A stretch of 64,000 nucleotides of DNA, from the IMG/VR virus record IMGVR_UViG_3300018004_000004, positions 124,001 through 188,000 of that record. One strand, 5' to 3'. Made by a program: the position numbers and the translations under genes. Under the pieces are notes generated by a model. It searched no databases, was not told the origin of the DNA, and was given only the letters and a program-made list of their open reading frames with translations. Shown one piece after another: positions 8,745 through 18,757 of this stretch. Positions within the stretch are counted from its first letter, which is position 1. Each line of letters begins with the position of its first letter.

Positions 8745-10424
8745 TTACTGAACTGGGAAGGTGCTACCAGGAACCGGCTGAGTACCCGCGGTAACCACGA
8801 TTGACAGACCGTTGTAGGTTGTAGTAGTGATAACACCACCACCATTACCCAAGTCATGCCAAGTCAAGTCACCGTCAACTACCGTACCACCACCCGTGCT
8901 GAAAGCAGGGGTTGTAGCTACAGGCTCAGCAAACTGAACTTCACCGACCTGTGTCACCCAACCAACGTGGACGTTACCAGCTCCATCAACATAAGCACGC
9001 AAGCCGGAGTTAACAGCAGTCCCGGTGAAGGAATGTGTAACACCGCCTGTGTTAGCCAAATAGAGGTAAGCACTAGTTGATGCAGTGCAGATGAAAACTC
9101 CATTGTTACCTGCATTCACTGAATCGCCGGCGACTGTGAAGACATAACCAGCAAAGCCGTTAGAGTTAGCTGCTGTACCAAAGCTGCCAGCATAACGTGT
9201 GATTCCAGCGGCTGTCGCATTGAGTGCGGCAGTCAGTGCGAATGAACCCAAAGCACCCGAACCGACTTCAGAGTACTTTGCGATCTCAACCACACTGACG
9301 TTAGAATAACCAAGAGTAGCTGCACTGATGTACTTCCAGGTTACTGTGTTATCTACAGTCGTGGAACTTCCCGAGAAGGCAGGATATTGAGTTCCGGAAG
9401 TACCAGCCTTGAAGACCTGCTGGATATTACCGTTCTCATCAATGATCTGGAATCCGAGAGCGTAGTTCGTAACCGGCTGCCAAGCAACGGCCGGGACAGG
9501 AGTGCTGATACCAGCCGTACCTGTATCGGAGCTAGGCAGGAAAGGATGAGCCAGTCGGCCAATCGATCCACCACTGGAATAACCGCAGGCTGTGAAGGAA
9601 ACACTAGCTGCTGACGTCGGGTAAGGCTTTGTGAGATTGCCCGAGTTGGCTGCAATGGCGCCAGCTGGCCAATCACCATTCGTACCTTGACCTTGGTTCA
9701 GGACCACACCGTACTGATAGTTACCGTTGTAAAGCCCTTGATCACCTTGGGCCAGAGAAGCAATAAGAGCATCGCCAGGAACATAAGCTGTGCTGGCTGC
9801 TGTAACGGAAGCACTGACTGCAGCACCGTTGTAGCTGATGCTGATGGAGTTTGCACCCACAGCAAGCAGTGTCCAGGTGCCGTTCAAAGATGCCACGGAG
9901 CCAGTCATACCAGCAATGGTTACAAGCTGGCCAGCTGCGAAAGAGCTGGGGACTGATGCCGAGATACCAGTGATGGCAACCAGATAAGGATTGCCAGTCT
10001 TCGGATCGTTGGACGAAGCAGCAGAACCGCCCGTCAGGACCAAGGAGACAGAGCCTGGGATGTAGCCGGCATTCGGAGTGTAGCGGGTAGGAACGAACTT
10101 GGTTGCAGCGCTTACCTGTTGAGCATGTCCGTTAGAGTCAAGGATCGTATCACCCAAGAAGTAGAGCTTTCCTGGCTGCCAGCCAGCTGTAACGCCAAGA
10201 GCATTCTTGACCGTTGCAGTAATAACTGTGGCAGTGCCCGAGTTGTGGGCAACTGGTGTGAAGAGCGCGCTGCGCCCATCATTGCGAGCTGTCACCGTAC
10301 CTGTAGCAGTTTGGCTGCTGGACCAGGCATACTTGCCAGCCGGAGCACCGACAGGCAGAGTGAGCTCGAAGGAGGCGATTGAACCGTCGCCGTTGTTCAA
10401 GGGAACTGTAATCGTGAGAGCCAT
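8745..10424 (-). CDS. Large beta-rich virion protein (head fibre/decoration-like) with W-Q-P-x-x-Y modules
   Basis: About 559 aa from MALTITVP; repeats such as WQPGKLYFLGDTILDSNG and WQPVTNYALGFQIIDENG. Confidence 0.6.
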   Translation of the reverse strand: MALTITVPLNNGDGSIASFELTLPVGAPAGKYAWSSSQTATGTVTARNDGRSALFTPVAHNSGTATVITATVKNALGVTAGWQPGKLYFLGDTILDSNGHAQQVSAATKFVPTRYTPNAGYIPGSVSLVLTGGSAASSNDPKTGNPYLVAITGISASVPSSFAAGQLVTIAGMTGSVASLNGTWTLLAVGANSISISYNGAAVSASVTAASTAYVPGDALIASLAQGDQGLYNGNYQYGVVLNQGQGTNGDWPAGAIAANSGNLTKPYPTSAASVSFTACGYSSGGSIGRLAHPFLPSSDTGTAGISTPVPAVAWQPVTNYALGFQIIDENGNIQQVFKAGTSGTQYPAFSGSSTTVDNTVTWKYISAATLGYSNVSVVEIAKYSEVGSGALGSFALTAALNATAAGITRYAGSFGTAANSNGFAGYVFTVAGDSVNAGNNGVFICTASTSAYLYLANTGGVTHSFTGTAVNSGLRAYVDGAGNVHVGWVTQVGEVQFAEPVATTPAFSTGGGTVVDGDLTWHDLGNGGGVITTTTYNGLSIVVTAGTQPVPGSTFPVQ

Positions 10425-10479
10425 TTTGTAATCCTCTTTTAGGGTAACTCTAGTTGATTGTAAACCAAAACACAAAGAG

Positions 10480-10532
10480 GGTGGTCCAGCTCTTTCGGCC
10501 CGGTCTCCCGAGCCGATAACCGGGCCACCCTC
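10480..10532 (-). terminator. Branched GC-rich stem followed by U-rich tract downstream of the capsid gene
   Basis: Minus strand GAGGGTGG...CCACCCTC then TTTGTGTTTT; internal GGCCCGGT/ACCGGGCC helix. Confidence 0.55.
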
Positions 10533-10581
10533 AGTGCGGACAGCTAGGCTGCCCTAATATATTGCTCAAGCCGCCAACCGA

Positions 10582-11946
10582 TTAGTCGGTTGTTGGGAGA
10601 TCCGCCAGGTTTGCAGCGGTTGGATCGATTGCGCCTGCACCAAAGATAGTGACGTTCTCGTAAGTCTGGAAGTTGCCTGCAGACTGCTGAACACCGATAT
10701 CCATGATGGAGCGAGCCGGCAGAACGATTTCGTTCGGACGGAGCTTAACGTTCTTAGCAACACCGATTGCCTGACCTTCGTTCAGGATACCGAAGCCATA
10801 GGACTCTTCGATTCCGATGTTACGCAGATCATACATTGGGTCGTCCCAAGAGTTGACATGAGGATCCTGGTCCACGATCAAGGCGCCAAGGTTCTGGCTA
10901 TTGAAGAGGAGGGTGTCTACGACGCGGTTGACCGGGTCGAAGCTCATGAACGGGCTAACCACGATACGGAACGGCAGGCCCAAGTAGTTGGGCAGTATCG
11001 GCCCAGACTTCTGAGTCTGAGGCAAGCCAGCCGAGGTAGCAGTCTGACCACCAGTCTGAGTACCCTGGGTGTACTGACCAGTCTGACCTTGACCGAATGC
11101 GAGGTTACCGAAGTTGAAGAACGGGTTTGCGAACTCGTTTGGCTTACCAGTGAACTGAGCGAAGAACGAACCACCGCCAGCTTGGATAGCAAACTCGCGC
11201 AACACAGGATCCTTTACCCATTGCAGCCAAGACATCGGGTGAATGAGCATCATGTCAGGGATGAAACCCTGCATGAGGACCTGGGCGTACATGTCGTACA
11301 CGTCGTCAGCGGTGATGGAGCCGTTGAACTGACCCTTCAGGTTACGGCCGGTAGTGATACCCTTGATTGGCTGGACAGTCGACGTTGCCGCACGAGCTGC
11401 CGGGCTGTTATCAAAGATCACCGTGCCGAGGCCGGTAATGAAGTTGAAGATGAACTCTTCCTTGTGACGGGCAAGCGCGTTGCCGGCAAGGCGCATCCAG
11501 TACTGGATCCACGGGTAGGTGGACTGTTCCACGAAGCGCTCGCTAATGCGCAGAGCAAGGCCGTGACGCTTGACTGTCACGCCGAAGGTCTGTGCACCGC
11601 CAACGTTAATGTTGAAGATGGGTAGTGCCATCCCATCGCCGACCTCACGAGCTGTGAGGACGTCGATAGCTGGGAAGACCGTCTGCATACCAGGCACGTA
11701 ATCAACGCGCTGGAGCAGGCTAGTCCCGATCAGCATCGGTTCGATACCTTCTTGAACGAAGGTAGTCAGAACGCGCGGGATAAGGAAGGCTGCGTTCGGG
11801 ATATCCAACGCGTCCTTCATCGAGATTTTCTTGTTCTCGACTGGGTCAAAACCGCCGGTACGGAAGATTGTTTCTACACGCACCAAGTCTGTCTTGACTT
11901 GAGCATCGTTCCAGTCGGGCTGTTCGAGTTTTACGTTCTTGGCCAT
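10582..11946 (-). CDS. Major capsid protein (HK97-like fold inferred)
   Basis: 454 aa; follows protease-scaffold and decoration genes; strong codon bias; ALARHKEEFIF and A.DV..MYAQV....F.PD..L.HP..W pattern. Confidence 0.8.
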   Translation of the reverse strand: MAKNVKLEQPDWNDAQVKTDLVRVETIFRTGGFDPVENKKISMKDALDIPNAAFLIPRVLTTFVQEGIEPMLIGTSLLQRVDYVPGMQTVFPAIDVLTAREVGDGMALPIFNINVGGAQTFGVTVKRHGLALRISERFVEQSTYPWIQYWMRLAGNALARHKEEFIFNFITGLGTVIFDNSPAARAATSTVQPIKGITTGRNLKGQFNGSITADDVYDMYAQVLMQGFIPDMMLIHPMSWLQWVKDPVLREFAIQAGGGSFFAQFTGKPNEFANPFFNFGNLAFGQGQTGQYTQGTQTGGQTATSAGLPQTQKSGPILPNYLGLPFRIVVSPFMSFDPVNRVVDTLLFNSQNLGALIVDQDPHVNSWDDPMYDLRNIGIEESYGFGILNEGQAIGVAKNVKLRPNEIVLPARSIMDIGVQQSAGNFQTYENVTIFGAGAIDPTAANLADLPTTD

Positions 11947-11982
11947 GATTTCTCCAAATGAGATAGGATTACTTTGAATCTC

Positions 11983-12204
11983 TTAAGACTTGGCTAAGTC
12001 TTCCCTAGCCGGTGCGAGTTTTACTTCTATTTCTTGGTGGCATCTCTCACACCGAAAGTTGCCAGCGATTTGACCCTGCTCATTTTTCTTAGCGAGCAGT
12101 TTATTGCAAGATCTACGACTATCATTGGCCCTGGGGGCTGCACATCTCAGGGAGTCGCCTTGTATTACAGCTTTCCCTTTCGTTATGAAGGTTAAGAGAC
12201 GCAT
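11983..12204 (-). CDS. Small zinc-finger protein, Mu Com-like
   Basis: LRC...CNKLLAK...G.F.CERC motif, 73 aa. Confidence 0.55.
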   Translation of the reverse strand: MRLLTFITKGKAVIQGDSLRCAAPRANDSRRSCNKLLAKKNEQGQIAGNFRCERCHQEIEVKLAPAREDLAKS

Positions 12205-12247
12205 AGGTCCTCACAGGGCCCAGATAAAGGTACTTCCTGACCCGTTT

Positions 12248-13732
12248 TTAGCGAGCCAGGAAGTGAATGTACACGTACGTTGCGTATTCCGGACGGATGG
12301 TCTTATTCTGGTCCGAGGCAAGGCGGAGGATACCGTCGTTTGTCAGGTTGACCATGTAATCCATACCGCGAGTTGCGGAACCACCAAGCTGACCGATTGA
12401 AGGTGTCTTGGTTGTGAAAGGACCAACAGCTTCCGTCGCGCGCTCAAACTGTGTACGAACGCGGTTTGCGAAGTCACGGATTGGGTACAGGCTTTCCACA
12501 CCGATTACTCGGCCGCAGATCTCGTCAAAACCATTGACCGCGGAGTTGTAGAAGGAGTAGTTGCCAGCATCCGTACCGGAGCCGAGGCGGCTAGGAACAA
12601 CCGACAGGCCGTTGAGGGCGTATGGGTTGCCTGCTGTGCCACCTGTGCAGTGCACGAAGCTACGGCCGAAGTCCGTCTGAACGTATCCGGAGATACCGTC
12701 CTGGGTAGCATAACCCTGAAGAGCAGTCGGGGTTGCGCCGATCCAAGGCATACGAAGCACAAAGTGGGTCTGGATGGCAGTGCCCATTTCATGCATGTAG
12801 TTGTGAACACGGAACTGAAGAGGAACCATTGATTCCAAGGTATAGAACACACCGCCGGTTGCGGAAATCAGGTTCACACCACCGAGGAACTGGAAGACGT
12901 TGCGAACTGCGTAGCCGATCGGGCGGGCAACGCTATTCGGGATCACATTGCATGCCAGAGCAAAGGTCACATCAGTACCGCTAACGGTAATAACGTTGCC
13001 ATCTGGGAAGACAATGAGGTCGCCGGCAACAGCATCAGAAGGAGCAGCAAGAACTTCGTATTCACCAGCAGCTACCACCGGGTTACCAGTTGCAACGTTG
13101 CGTGCGAAGCCGACGTCATTCTGACCATACTGAACTGCGCAGTAGAGACCGCGATAGTTACGGATCGTTGTCGGATACGTAAAGTTGGCTGTGCTTGTTG
13201 CACTAGAAGGTGCAACCAGCGTCCAAACACCAGCCAACAGGGAGGCGCTTGTCAGGACATAGGATCCTGCCACAGCTGCGGTGCCGAGGATAGTGATAAC
13301 ATCACCAGCCGCGAAGTTCAAGTTAGCAGCCGTTGCTGCAGCACTTCCGCCAGCAACGATACCACTTGCCACACCACCCGCTGGGGTGAGCGTGATAGTG
13401 ATAATCCCAGCAGCGGCGACATAAGAGTCACCAGCACCTGCTGGAGTTACAGTGGTATAGATCTGCGAAGAGTTCTGAGTACCGGAGAGCAAGCCGGCCG
13501 GAACCAGGGCGCCAGACTTGTCGAGACCGACGAGTTGGTGCGAGCTGATCACAACCTGCGCGCCTACTGGATGCCCTTCATCCAAACGGCGGCCAGGCAG
13601 CCAGGGGGCTGGATACGGGACCGGAAGGAACGGACGGAGAGGCTCAGATGCATCGGCATCAGGAGTCGTGTAGCCCAAACGATCGCGACCGTAGAGCGTA
13701 CCACGATAGTTGTTATTGATATCGAAAGACAT
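12248..13732 (-). CDS. Putative capsid decoration/stabilisation protein
   Basis: 494 aa, between scaffold and MCP genes, beta-rich. Confidence 0.5.
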   Translation of the reverse strand: MSFDINNNYRGTLYGRDRLGYTTPDADASEPLRPFLPVPYPAPWLPGRRLDEGHPVGAQVVISSHQLVGLDKSGALVPAGLLSGTQNSSQIYTTVTPAGAGDSYVAAAGIITITLTPAGGVASGIVAGGSAAATAANLNFAAGDVITILGTAAVAGSYVLTSASLLAGVWTLVAPSSATSTANFTYPTTIRNYRGLYCAVQYGQNDVGFARNVATGNPVVAAGEYEVLAAPSDAVAGDLIVFPDGNVITVSGTDVTFALACNVIPNSVARPIGYAVRNVFQFLGGVNLISATGGVFYTLESMVPLQFRVHNYMHEMGTAIQTHFVLRMPWIGATPTALQGYATQDGISGYVQTDFGRSFVHCTGGTAGNPYALNGLSVVPSRLGSGTDAGNYSFYNSAVNGFDEICGRVIGVESLYPIRDFANRVRTQFERATEAVGPFTTKTPSIGQLGGSATRGMDYMVNLTNDGILRLASDQNKTIRPEYATYVYIHFLAR

Positions 13733-13737
13733 TTAGA

Positions 13738-16422
13738 TTACTCCTTTGGGGCTGGCTTAATGTCCTTGGTCTTCGCTTCGAAGAACAAGATGGCTGAAGC
13801 AGCCTTTGGATCCTTTGGAAGTTTACGTGCGGCAGGAGTTGGTTTCTCCTTGCTATCTTGCACGGTTGTAGAACCATCTGGGTTAAGTTTCGCCTTGTCG
13901 GCTACTTCTTTCGTACCCGCCTCTTGGGGCGTCGGTGCTGATGTTCCACCCTGGAATGTGAAGCCAGACAGCTTACCCAGCTCGTCATCCAGTGCATCTC
14001 TCAAGCTTGCCAGGGAACGCTGTTCTCTTTCCGCTACCTTAGATGTGATCTGGGCATCGGTAAGACCCTGGAAACCTGCTTCTCCGGTGAGCACCTTGAT
14101 TGCTACTAATGTGGTGGCGCGGTCCTTCTTGAGACTCTTCACCAGTACGGTATTCTGTTGCTGCAGAGCATCGACTTCAGCTCTTACTGCTGCCAGCTGA
14201 CCTTCGAGCTTTTCCTGACCGACGATCAGAGTATCATGCTCTTCCTTCGTCAGGAGGATTTCGCTATCCTTTCCACCCTGAGCCATCCCAGGAGCCAACA
14301 GCTTGCGATGATACTCAAGCAGGGATCCGGAGTGCCAGTGTTCGAGGAGGGCGCCAGCCGCACCAACGATGTGGGACTTGCCCTCAGCGTCAGCAGCTGC
14401 ATGTGCCTTGTGGAGTGCTTCGTAGGAACTCGAGCAACCCGTCGGCACAAAACCCTTGCCCATCTCACTCTTGAGACCGGCGCCCACTGTCATCAGGGGA
14501 GCCTTCTTCTCGGCATCCGTCAGGATCACGTCAGGGATAGAGTCTTTGTTCTCATTACCCTTTTCGATCTCCGTCAGACGCTGGTGAGCGTATTCACGAT
14601 CCGACTGGGATTGCCAGTTGCCCAAGTGGGCATACAGATCGTAGCGCATTGCACCCTTGCCCTGGTCATCAGCCTTGTGATAATGACTGTGGAGCGTGTC
14701 CAGGCAAGTCAGTGTATCTGCAGGAACCTTTGCATCATCGAAAGAGAAGAGCTCGACCTTGTGAAGCTCGGCGAGTAGGTTCTTTACCGAGTCGGTCAGT
14801 ACTGGAGTAGGATCTGCATCCTTCTTCTTGCTCTTACTTTCGCAGCCCATTGCCTTAGCCTTGCGGGATACGCAGCCAAGGATCTTGGACTTAGTCGCAT
14901 CACTTACCTTCGCGCGACCGATTAGACGGCGTGCAGCGGTAACGTGTGCACAGTCAGGAACAGGGAAGCTACGGCCCGGGCCACAGAAAGCGGAACCCTT
15001 AAGGCTCTTACGCTTTTCAGTGGATAGCTTAGCATCGGTTAGTATTTCACCGTACTCAGCATCCTCAGCCTTGATAGCATCTTCACTATCCGCCTTTGTG
15101 AACATTTGTTCATACAGGGCGTCTGGGTCCGCGAAGAAGCTGCGTTCATCCTCAGGCAGCTCTTCGATCTTCCAATCCTGATAAGGTGTGAGGCTTTCGA
15201 CATCGATAGCTGGAACTTCCAGTTCAAACTGCTTAGCCTCTTCGGTGATGCGAGCTATATAGTGAGTTCTCGCTTCAACCGACATATCCTGAAGGGTCGG
15301 GATCAAAGCCTCAATCTTGGCTTCTACCTGTTCCTTCGTAATCTTCTTGTCAGCCACGGTCTCCAGACCGTGCTTTTGTATGTGCGACTTCAGAGTTGTA
15401 GAAACCCTGCGCACCATCTCCTTCTCAGGCTCTTCCTTTGGTTCAAGGGCCTTAATCTTGTCGGAGATTTCAGTTGCGCGCTCCTTGGTAAGAGGCGCCT
15501 TATTCATTTCGTCTAGATAGCTCTGCAGTTCTACAAGCATCTCACTGTCCTTGATGTCGGGGTCCGCAACCTGAATATCCGATTCGAACATCTTTCCCAA
15601 GTCAATGCTATCTGCCATTGCATAGGAGGCCAACAACTTAGCTTGGCGCTCTGGACGCATACCCATGAAAAACATCTTGCTGTTCAAGCTGTCCTGGAGG
15701 ATTTCCTTCGAGATAACCTGAGCAAATGGGTCGGCTGGGAAGTTGACGAAGCTCATTTCCTTGTAGAAGAAGTTGCCGGCGATAAGAAACATCTTCTTGC
15801 CGTCAACCATTTCCCCAAGCTTGTGTTCACAGCGATCGTCAGTAGCCCAATCTGTATGGCACGCGGAGCAAATGGCCTGGTCAGTTTGAAAACCAACCGA
15901 GACTGTAAGGTACTCACCTGTGAGCACCTTTCGGATGCCATCTGGGTTGGTTACTTTCAATCCCAACTCGATGTATCCTAGACCTCTATAGTCCTCACGG
16001 GGCTGGAGCTTGTCCAGAACCACATTGATTGACCGATACAGGTCAAGACGCTTTGATGTAGCGTCCGCGAAAAACAACATACTATTGATCTCTGGCACTT
16101 CAGTACGATACTTGTGCGAGGTATCAATATAACGAGCCTGATGGATACGGCCGATCGCGGTCGATTCCTTGTCATGCTCTACCAGAACTGGCTTTAGGGG
16201 CTTATCTGGCTCCGTCCAACGGTAGACCGAGTCTTGCATGCGGTCCGGACGGTAGAAGCGCTGGTTGCCATTGACTATACCAGAGTGGGTAGCCTCAACC
16301 TTTACCAGGAGGGACTTACCTGTTGGCTCCGAGTCATCTCGGCATTCAGCTAGATTCTTTTTGCTGCGGTCGACTTCTTTAACCTTTAGGTTAACGAAGT
16401 CTCGCATGTACAGGAGACCCAT
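13738..16422 (-). CDS. Prohead protease-scaffold fusion
   Basis: N-terminal ATHSG.VN.N.RFY...KPVL.EHD...IGR...LTVSVG...CS.C...E.SFVN.PAD protease-type motifs; acidic coiled-coil C-terminal region; follows portal. Confidence 0.7.
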   Translation of the reverse strand: MGLLYMRDFVNLKVKEVDRSKKNLAECRDDSEPTGKSLLVKVEATHSGIVNGNQRFYRPDRMQDSVYRWTEPDKPLKPVLVEHDKESTAIGRIHQARYIDTSHKYRTEVPEINSMLFFADATSKRLDLYRSINVVLDKLQPREDYRGLGYIELGLKVTNPDGIRKVLTGEYLTVSVGFQTDQAICSACHTDWATDDRCEHKLGEMVDGKKMFLIAGNFFYKEMSFVNFPADPFAQVISKEILQDSLNSKMFFMGMRPERQAKLLASYAMADSIDLGKMFESDIQVADPDIKDSEMLVELQSYLDEMNKAPLTKERATEISDKIKALEPKEEPEKEMVRRVSTTLKSHIQKHGLETVADKKITKEQVEAKIEALIPTLQDMSVEARTHYIARITEEAKQFELEVPAIDVESLTPYQDWKIEELPEDERSFFADPDALYEQMFTKADSEDAIKAEDAEYGEILTDAKLSTEKRKSLKGSAFCGPGRSFPVPDCAHVTAARRLIGRAKVSDATKSKILGCVSRKAKAMGCESKSKKKDADPTPVLTDSVKNLLAELHKVELFSFDDAKVPADTLTCLDTLHSHYHKADDQGKGAMRYDLYAHLGNWQSQSDREYAHQRLTEIEKGNENKDSIPDVILTDAEKKAPLMTVGAGLKSEMGKGFVPTGCSSSYEALHKAHAAADAEGKSHIVGAAGALLEHWHSGSLLEYHRKLLAPGMAQGGKDSEILLTKEEHDTLIVGQEKLEGQLAAVRAEVDALQQQNTVLVKSLKKDRATTLVAIKVLTGEAGFQGLTDAQITSKVAEREQRSLASLRDALDDELGKLSGFTFQGGTSAPTPQEAGTKEVADKAKLNPDGSTTVQDSKEKPTPAARKLPKDPKAASAILFFEAKTKDIKPAPKE

Positions 16423-16432
16423 GGGAGCCTCC

Positions 16433-16651
16433 TTATCTGCGGCCGCGGAAGGGCGTTGCCTTGGAAATGTCCCCGATCTGGGTAGTTAGGAACTTCTCAA
16501 ACACTTGGCCGGGCTTCACCTTACCCGCCTGCTGCAGGTTATTCATTACCTGAGGCAGAGGACCGTTCATCATGTTCTGCTTCTGGTCCCTGGTCGGGGC
16601 TACTTTCGGTTGATTCTTCGGCATGTGTTTCCTCGAAGTAGTTTGAAACAA
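16433..16651 (-). CDS. Small hypothetical protein overlapping the portal 3' end
   Basis: Probable start MPKNQPK at 16624 with upstream GAGG; basic peptide. Confidence 0.4.
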   Translation of the reverse strand: MFQTTSRKHMPKNQPKVAPTRDQKQNMMNGPLPQVMNNLQQAGKVKPGQVFEKFLTTQIGDISKATPFRGRR

Positions 16652-18749
16652 GATCGGTGAGTAGAACCGACATTATGTCGGGATCCGTAGTCTGTGCGAC
16701 TCGGTCTTTCGCCAACTGGCGGAAGGTATCTAGCGTCATTCGATCCTGATTAGTATAGTAAATCCCAGCCTCGTCACGTAGGCAAGTCTCGACGTACTTA
16801 TCGATTACGGCGGCTGAAGCCTTACCCCAGCTGGCAGCCGAGAAAGTACCCTCTGCCTTCAGACGGTCTATTTCAGCCACAAGCTTGTCATACAGGAGGC
16901 TTGGATCCATGGATGACCTTGCAGAATGCGGGTCTAGATTGCGTCCATACTGATTTGCCGGGCGATTCTTGTTGGCAACGGACTTAGCTCCTGCACTGGC
17001 CTTGCTGGGGCCTTTCTTACCTCTCTCCCCAGCTGCCTCTGCACCACGGACATACATGGCTTCAATCATACCCTGGTTCTTCAGCGCGATACCCTTCTGC
17101 TGCAAATCCAGGACATGCAAGTTATAGTGAGTCAACTGTGCATCCTTCTTGGTATAAGGAACACGCTGCAGTTCACGACGAGCTTCGTCTTCACTGAGCA
17201 AATGGTTGTTGAACAGCTCGATAACGTGATTCTGCCACTTGATGTGACCATCAACGTCAACGTCTGGGAAGACAAGGTCTACGTCTGCAAGAGCATTCTG
17301 AACAGAGAGGTTAGTTGGATTCTCTTCGAACAGCTCCTTGAATATGAACATCTTGAACTGGCCGCAGAACCAGTTAAGATCGGACTTCACGGAATCCTTC
17401 AAGTTCTGAGAGACGTTCTCGGCTGTAGCGCGGTTGCCGGTATCAGTCTCACCCATATCAATAGGCGATACACCCAGGCCAGTAAAGATACGGGCCTTGT
17501 AATGCTTCATGATCTCGGAAGGATCCGGAGCTTCACCTTTGATACCAACGACGTCTACGGCGACACGTTCGTCAGTGATGAATACACCTTCTTTAGGCAT
17601 ATTCTCAAGCTCTGCCTTGATAAGGTCGACTTCTGTGATCCCGTCAACCAACATGGTAGCGGGTGCATCCTCTGAACCGACCTTAACATGAAACAATGGG
17701 AAAAGGTGGTTAATGAGGAGCATTTCCACATTTTCTTCAAGACGGCGGAGAGCAAAAATATCGTCTCGCACGGATACGGTACGCGGGGTTCCATAGACAT
17801 GTCCTGGCTTGACGTCCCATCTGAAATGGACAACGTCTTCCAATCTGTAGTCCTTATACTTGCGCGCGGAGCCGTAGTAACGGCGCCACTTGATGATCTC
17901 ACCCTTCTGGTTAACGAACGGGAAGATAGAGTGAGGAGGTAGAATCATGTAGGCAGCTACAGGAGTCTTATCATCATTCTTCTCATTTGGTTCGCCGCCG
18001 GAAGCTTCTTCATCACGGATCTTCAGCAAGAAACAGTTCGAGATAATGAGCAAGTTGTAGAGAATGTCCTTGATGAAGTTCTCTGTAGTCATGCCCATCA
18101 TGTAGCCAATCTGATTCATACGGCTATTGACGTACTTAGTAAAGCGTGAGTTCATGCCCTCAATCTTGAAGCCCTGGCGGAACATCAAGGAGTGCTTGCG
18201 CTTTGTGGCCTGCATTAGATACGCTTCGGTATCGATCATTGTGAATGGTTCATACTGATCGTACTCAGGCAGAATCGTACCATAGTGGCCGTAGTAGCTA
18301 TTGAGATAATCCTTCTCTTGTTCGATCTTCTTGCGGATCTTCTTCTCAAGCTGTGGTAGATCTTCGGAACTCGGTGCAGCGTCAAGCAGCTTTATCACAC
18401 GATCAAACGAGGCTCTCTCTTCATCCCTATCTTTCCATGTGAAAGCATCCTTTGACTTAGGCTCAAGTGGAGTGCAGTTACGGAAGAGGTCATACGCACC
18501 GCGGATGCGCTCACCTACAGTCAGCTGATGAATACTGTGCTGACTACGATCGCCAAGACCAAGAATGATAGGATCGAGGTTCTTCTTGCTCTTCTTCATG
18601 TCTACAACAGCGAAGGACTTGCCGTAAACCTGGCCTCTCTTCTTGCGCTCGAGATTGTCGATACGCAGTTGTAGATTGAGAGCCTTCTGCTCTTGCAAAG
18701 TGATGAGAGGCTCCTCAACAGGTTTGGTTATCTTCTTAGCCTTAGGCAT
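16539..18749 (-). CDS. Portal protein
   Basis: 736 aa; DVVHFRWD...YGTPR..SVRDDI.ALRRLE and IFTGLGVSPIDMG..DTGNRATA portal-type motifs; between TerL and protease. Confidence 0.8.
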   Translation of the reverse strand: MPKAKKITKPVEEPLITLQEQKALNLQLRIDNLERKKRGQVYGKSFAVVDMKKSKKNLDPIILGLGDRSQHSIHQLTVGERIRGAYDLFRNCTPLEPKSKDAFTWKDRDEERASFDRVIKLLDAAPSSEDLPQLEKKIRKKIEQEKDYLNSYYGHYGTILPEYDQYEPFTMIDTEAYLMQATKRKHSLMFRQGFKIEGMNSRFTKYVNSRMNQIGYMMGMTTENFIKDILYNLLIISNCFLLKIRDEEASGGEPNEKNDDKTPVAAYMILPPHSIFPFVNQKGEIIKWRRYYGSARKYKDYRLEDVVHFRWDVKPGHVYGTPRTVSVRDDIFALRRLEENVEMLLINHLFPLFHVKVGSEDAPATMLVDGITEVDLIKAELENMPKEGVFITDERVAVDVVGIKGEAPDPSEIMKHYKARIFTGLGVSPIDMGETDTGNRATAENVSQNLKDSVKSDLNWFCGQFKMFIFKELFEENPTNLSVQNALADVDLVFPDVDVDGHIKWQNHVIELFNNHLLSEDEARRELQRVPYTKKDAQLTHYNLHVLDLQQKGIALKNQGMIEAMYVRGAEAAGERGKKGPSKASAGAKSVANKNRPANQYGRNLDPHSARSSMDPSLLYDKLVAEIDRLKAEGTFSAASWGKASAAVIDKYVETCLRDEAGIYYTNQDRMTLDTFRQLAKDRVAQTTDPDIMSVLLTDLVSNYFEETHAEESTESSPDQGPEAEHDERSSASGNE
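16746..16757 (-). promoter_or_regulatory. Conserved 12-mer TATACTAATCAG, copy 2 (inside portal 3' region, upstream of the head operon)
   Basis: Exact match; shares TACTATACTAATCAGG with copy 1. Confidence 0.55.
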
Positions 18750-18757
18750 AGCGCACC

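Noticed and set aside
10487-10536. Hammerhead-like elements (CTGAGGG...GGCC GAAA) after the capsid gene
   Set aside because: The core deviates from CUGANGA, the spacing is wrong and no stem III/UH site was found; a terminator explains it better
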